The notes beneath the pieces are model-generated. The model made no database searches. It was not told the DNA's origin and saw only the letters and a list, made by a program, of their open reading frames with translations. The position numbers were made by a program, and so were the translations under genes. A stretch of 64,000 bases of DNA from Anaeramoeba ignava BMAN. Taxonomy: Eukaryota; Protista; Anaeramoebae. Within the stretch, counting starts at the first letter, position 1. Each line of letters starts with the position of its first letter. Below are positions 61,697 to 64,000 of this stretch, one piece after another. Where the stretch lies: positions 124,001-188,000 of the forward strand of contig JAPDFW010000089.1 of assembly GCA_028826165.1 (NCBI GenBank), read 5' to 3'.

Positions 61697-64000
61697 AACA
61701 ACACAAAAAGTTACACAACAACAAATAGCTCATCCAGTAGCTTCAAAATTTCGTGAATTACAAGCAAAAGCACAACAATTATTCATTGGTTTAAGAGAAT
61801 TACCAAATTATAATCACCAATCATATTTTACATATTTAATGACAGCTTTTCAAGCAATGATAACTGTATTATATTTTTTTTAATTTCCTTTCAAAATTTA
61901 TTATTTGATTAGCTTTGGGATTTTGCTCAACAAAATAGAGTTGTTCTTGAAAAACCAGAAACTTATAATTTAAAAAGATGGGAAATTGGAGATATTGCAT
62001 CTAAAATTGGTCAACTTTATTATCATTATTAGTACAAAAAAATAATTTTTACTTGAATTATAAAATTATTTAGAAAATTAATTATAAAATTATTTAATTC
62101 AGTTTAAGAACAAGTATTCTTAGTTATTTGCATGAAAGTTATGAATTTTATAAAATGATCCGATTTCATGGATATTATAATAATGTATTTGAACCAAAAG
62201 AGTAAAAAATCAAAAAAGTCAAAAAAAAGAATAAAAGAATAAAAGAATAAAAGAATAATTAAATTCAAAACTAAACAAAAGTCCCACACTTGTTATTCGC
62301 AAGATGAGATATCTTGCAAGATTTATTCTTGTATGTTTACTTACTGAAAATATATCTTCTTTGATTGAAGTGAAATCTGAAATGAAAAAAACAGTAAGAG
62401 CATATGAACAAACATTTCAGCTTCCTGATTCACAAGAATGGTGGACAGTTCTTTCAGAATTGGATCAAATTTTGATGGTAGATTTCAATTATGATTTTAC
62501 AATCAAGATGAATTAAATTGAAAAAAAAAAAAATTTTGTTGTTTTCTTCTCTTTTCTTTCCTTCATTGGATTAATTAAATTGTGTTTAGGTTAATACAAT
62601 GAAATATTCTTCTAAAGTTGAACAAATGATTCAAGTTTCATATCGTTTACATCAAAATTATTTTTCAGTTTACCATCGAATTAATAAGAGTTTATATTCA
62701 ATTTTTGATTCAGAACCAAGATATCATTTGAAAGAAGCTATTATTACAGGAAATAAAACACAAATTAAATTCAGTGAAATGTTAGTTGATTTACTTCGTT
62801 TTACTGAATTACTTGAGATTATTGAAGATAAAGATCCAACAGTATAAAAATTTTACATCCAATTTTTTTAGAATGAAGAGAGAAAAAAAATAAATACAAA
62901 TATAAAATTATTAAAACACAATTTAAATCCAAATAGGAATTAATTCAATCACCAAAATATAAATGCCCACATAAATTACTTCTTTATCGACCAACAATAT
63001 CACAATTTCTTACAACTTTATCTTCAACAACATCAGTATTATCCAAATCAAATAAACAAAAAAAAGTAAAATCAACTTTAATTACCCATGAATCAATAAT
63101 TTTTAGATATTGGAATCTTATGAAGAAAATTCTGCTCTTCTTCTTTACATTTCAGCAGAAGGTTTTTTTTCTCCTTTAGCAAATATTGGAGGTGCTCAAC
63201 TTAATCCAACTTTCCGTGATTTAAATAGCTTTAAATTTGATTCTATTCCACCAAATGTTCTTTCTTCCCATGATTTACTTCCTTTCACAAGAAGTCCTTG
63301 TTTATTAATTGTTGATTCTTCTTCTAGTTTTGTTTTTCAAGTATTTGGATTTTTATCAGAAAAAAACAAAAAAAGAAAAATCAATTTAATTCTGATAAAA
63401 AAAATTTTATTATCATTTGAAATGCTAATAGGAAATCCCACCAATTTACGGGAAATCATTTATTTGTTTATCATCACCACAAAATCAATTTCCAGGAATT
63501 GGTAATTTAAATGTTAAAATGATATTAAAATTATTTATTTTAAATATTTTATTTATTTTATTCAAATTTAAGATCCTATTGAAGGTGGAATTTTCACACT
63601 CTTTTTAACAAATCCAATTTATGCAATTTGTAAGATCACATCTATTCGAATTCCTCAAGAACAATTTGAAACAGCAATTTTATTATTTGAAAATACAATC
63701 CAAAAATTAATTTTCATTAATTTATGCGATTTGCTTCAAAATCTTTATCAAGAATTTAATCAAGATCAATTGATGTTTTCAAGGCTAGGAATTTCTGAAA
63801 ATGATTCAATTGAAAAACAAACAGAAATATCAACAATGAAACTAGAAAATCATGCAAATGATAATTTAGTGATTCAAGAAGAAAATACTGTTTCAAATAA
63901 TCAAAGTGATTGGGAAAAAATTGCACAATTTGAGAATTTAATTGTTTTGGTTCGATTTCTTGATGATCCTTTTTTTCGCACAATTATTCTTAGATTTATA
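61697..64000 (+). CDS. SCAI: SCAI-family protein (runs off the window)
   Basis: QQLFIGLRELP, LKRWEIGDIASKIGQLYYHY|LRTS, RYLARFILVCLL, KFSEMLVD, PHKLLLYRPT, LLLYISAEG, DLLPFTRSP and GGIFTLFL. Confidence 0.92.

Noticed and set aside
1-64000. Inteins, tRNA or rRNA genes
   Set aside because: I saw no intein-like insertion in any conserved protein and no recognisable tRNA or rRNA. A covariance search could not be run.

Overview
Gene-dense, very AT-rich eukaryotic (protist) genomic DNA with short GT-AG introns, many of them expanded by simple AT tandem repeats that generate most of the low-complexity ORFs in the track. Asn/Gln/Glu (NQ/NE) repeats and duplicated RCC1-BTB genes resemble Anaeramoeba-type metamonads (inference only). 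About 22 genes can be reconstructed: porin-like, F-box/LRR, tandem AAA ATPase, Rab32/38, DH-PH RhoGEF, a three-domain purine nucleoside phosphorylase, a membrane metallophosphoesterase, J-less DNAJC11-like, two Ras-like GTPases, VID27, CH-RasGAP-PH, COPI-associated, F-box/WD40, two RCC1-BTB paralogs, Get2/CAML-like, Akr1-like palmitoyltransferase, PP2A-family phosphatase, FHA-kinase and PAS/SCAI. The top finding is a 3,415-bp Sola2-like DNA transposon (19971-23385; GAGAG...CTCTC ends, ATAT target duplication) inside a 4.8-kb intron. Its DDD transposase splices in frame to a USP/C19-type deubiquitinase domain. Other candidates are a single-chain triple PNP, a spliced PAS-SCAI fusion, a hairpin-rich intronic island bounded by TTAA, a pseudo-RasGAP and a Ras with a G12D-like substitution. 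Several apparent frameshifts are +1 bases in homopolymer runs and are probably assembly errors. Family calls rest on motif recognition by eye, not database searches.
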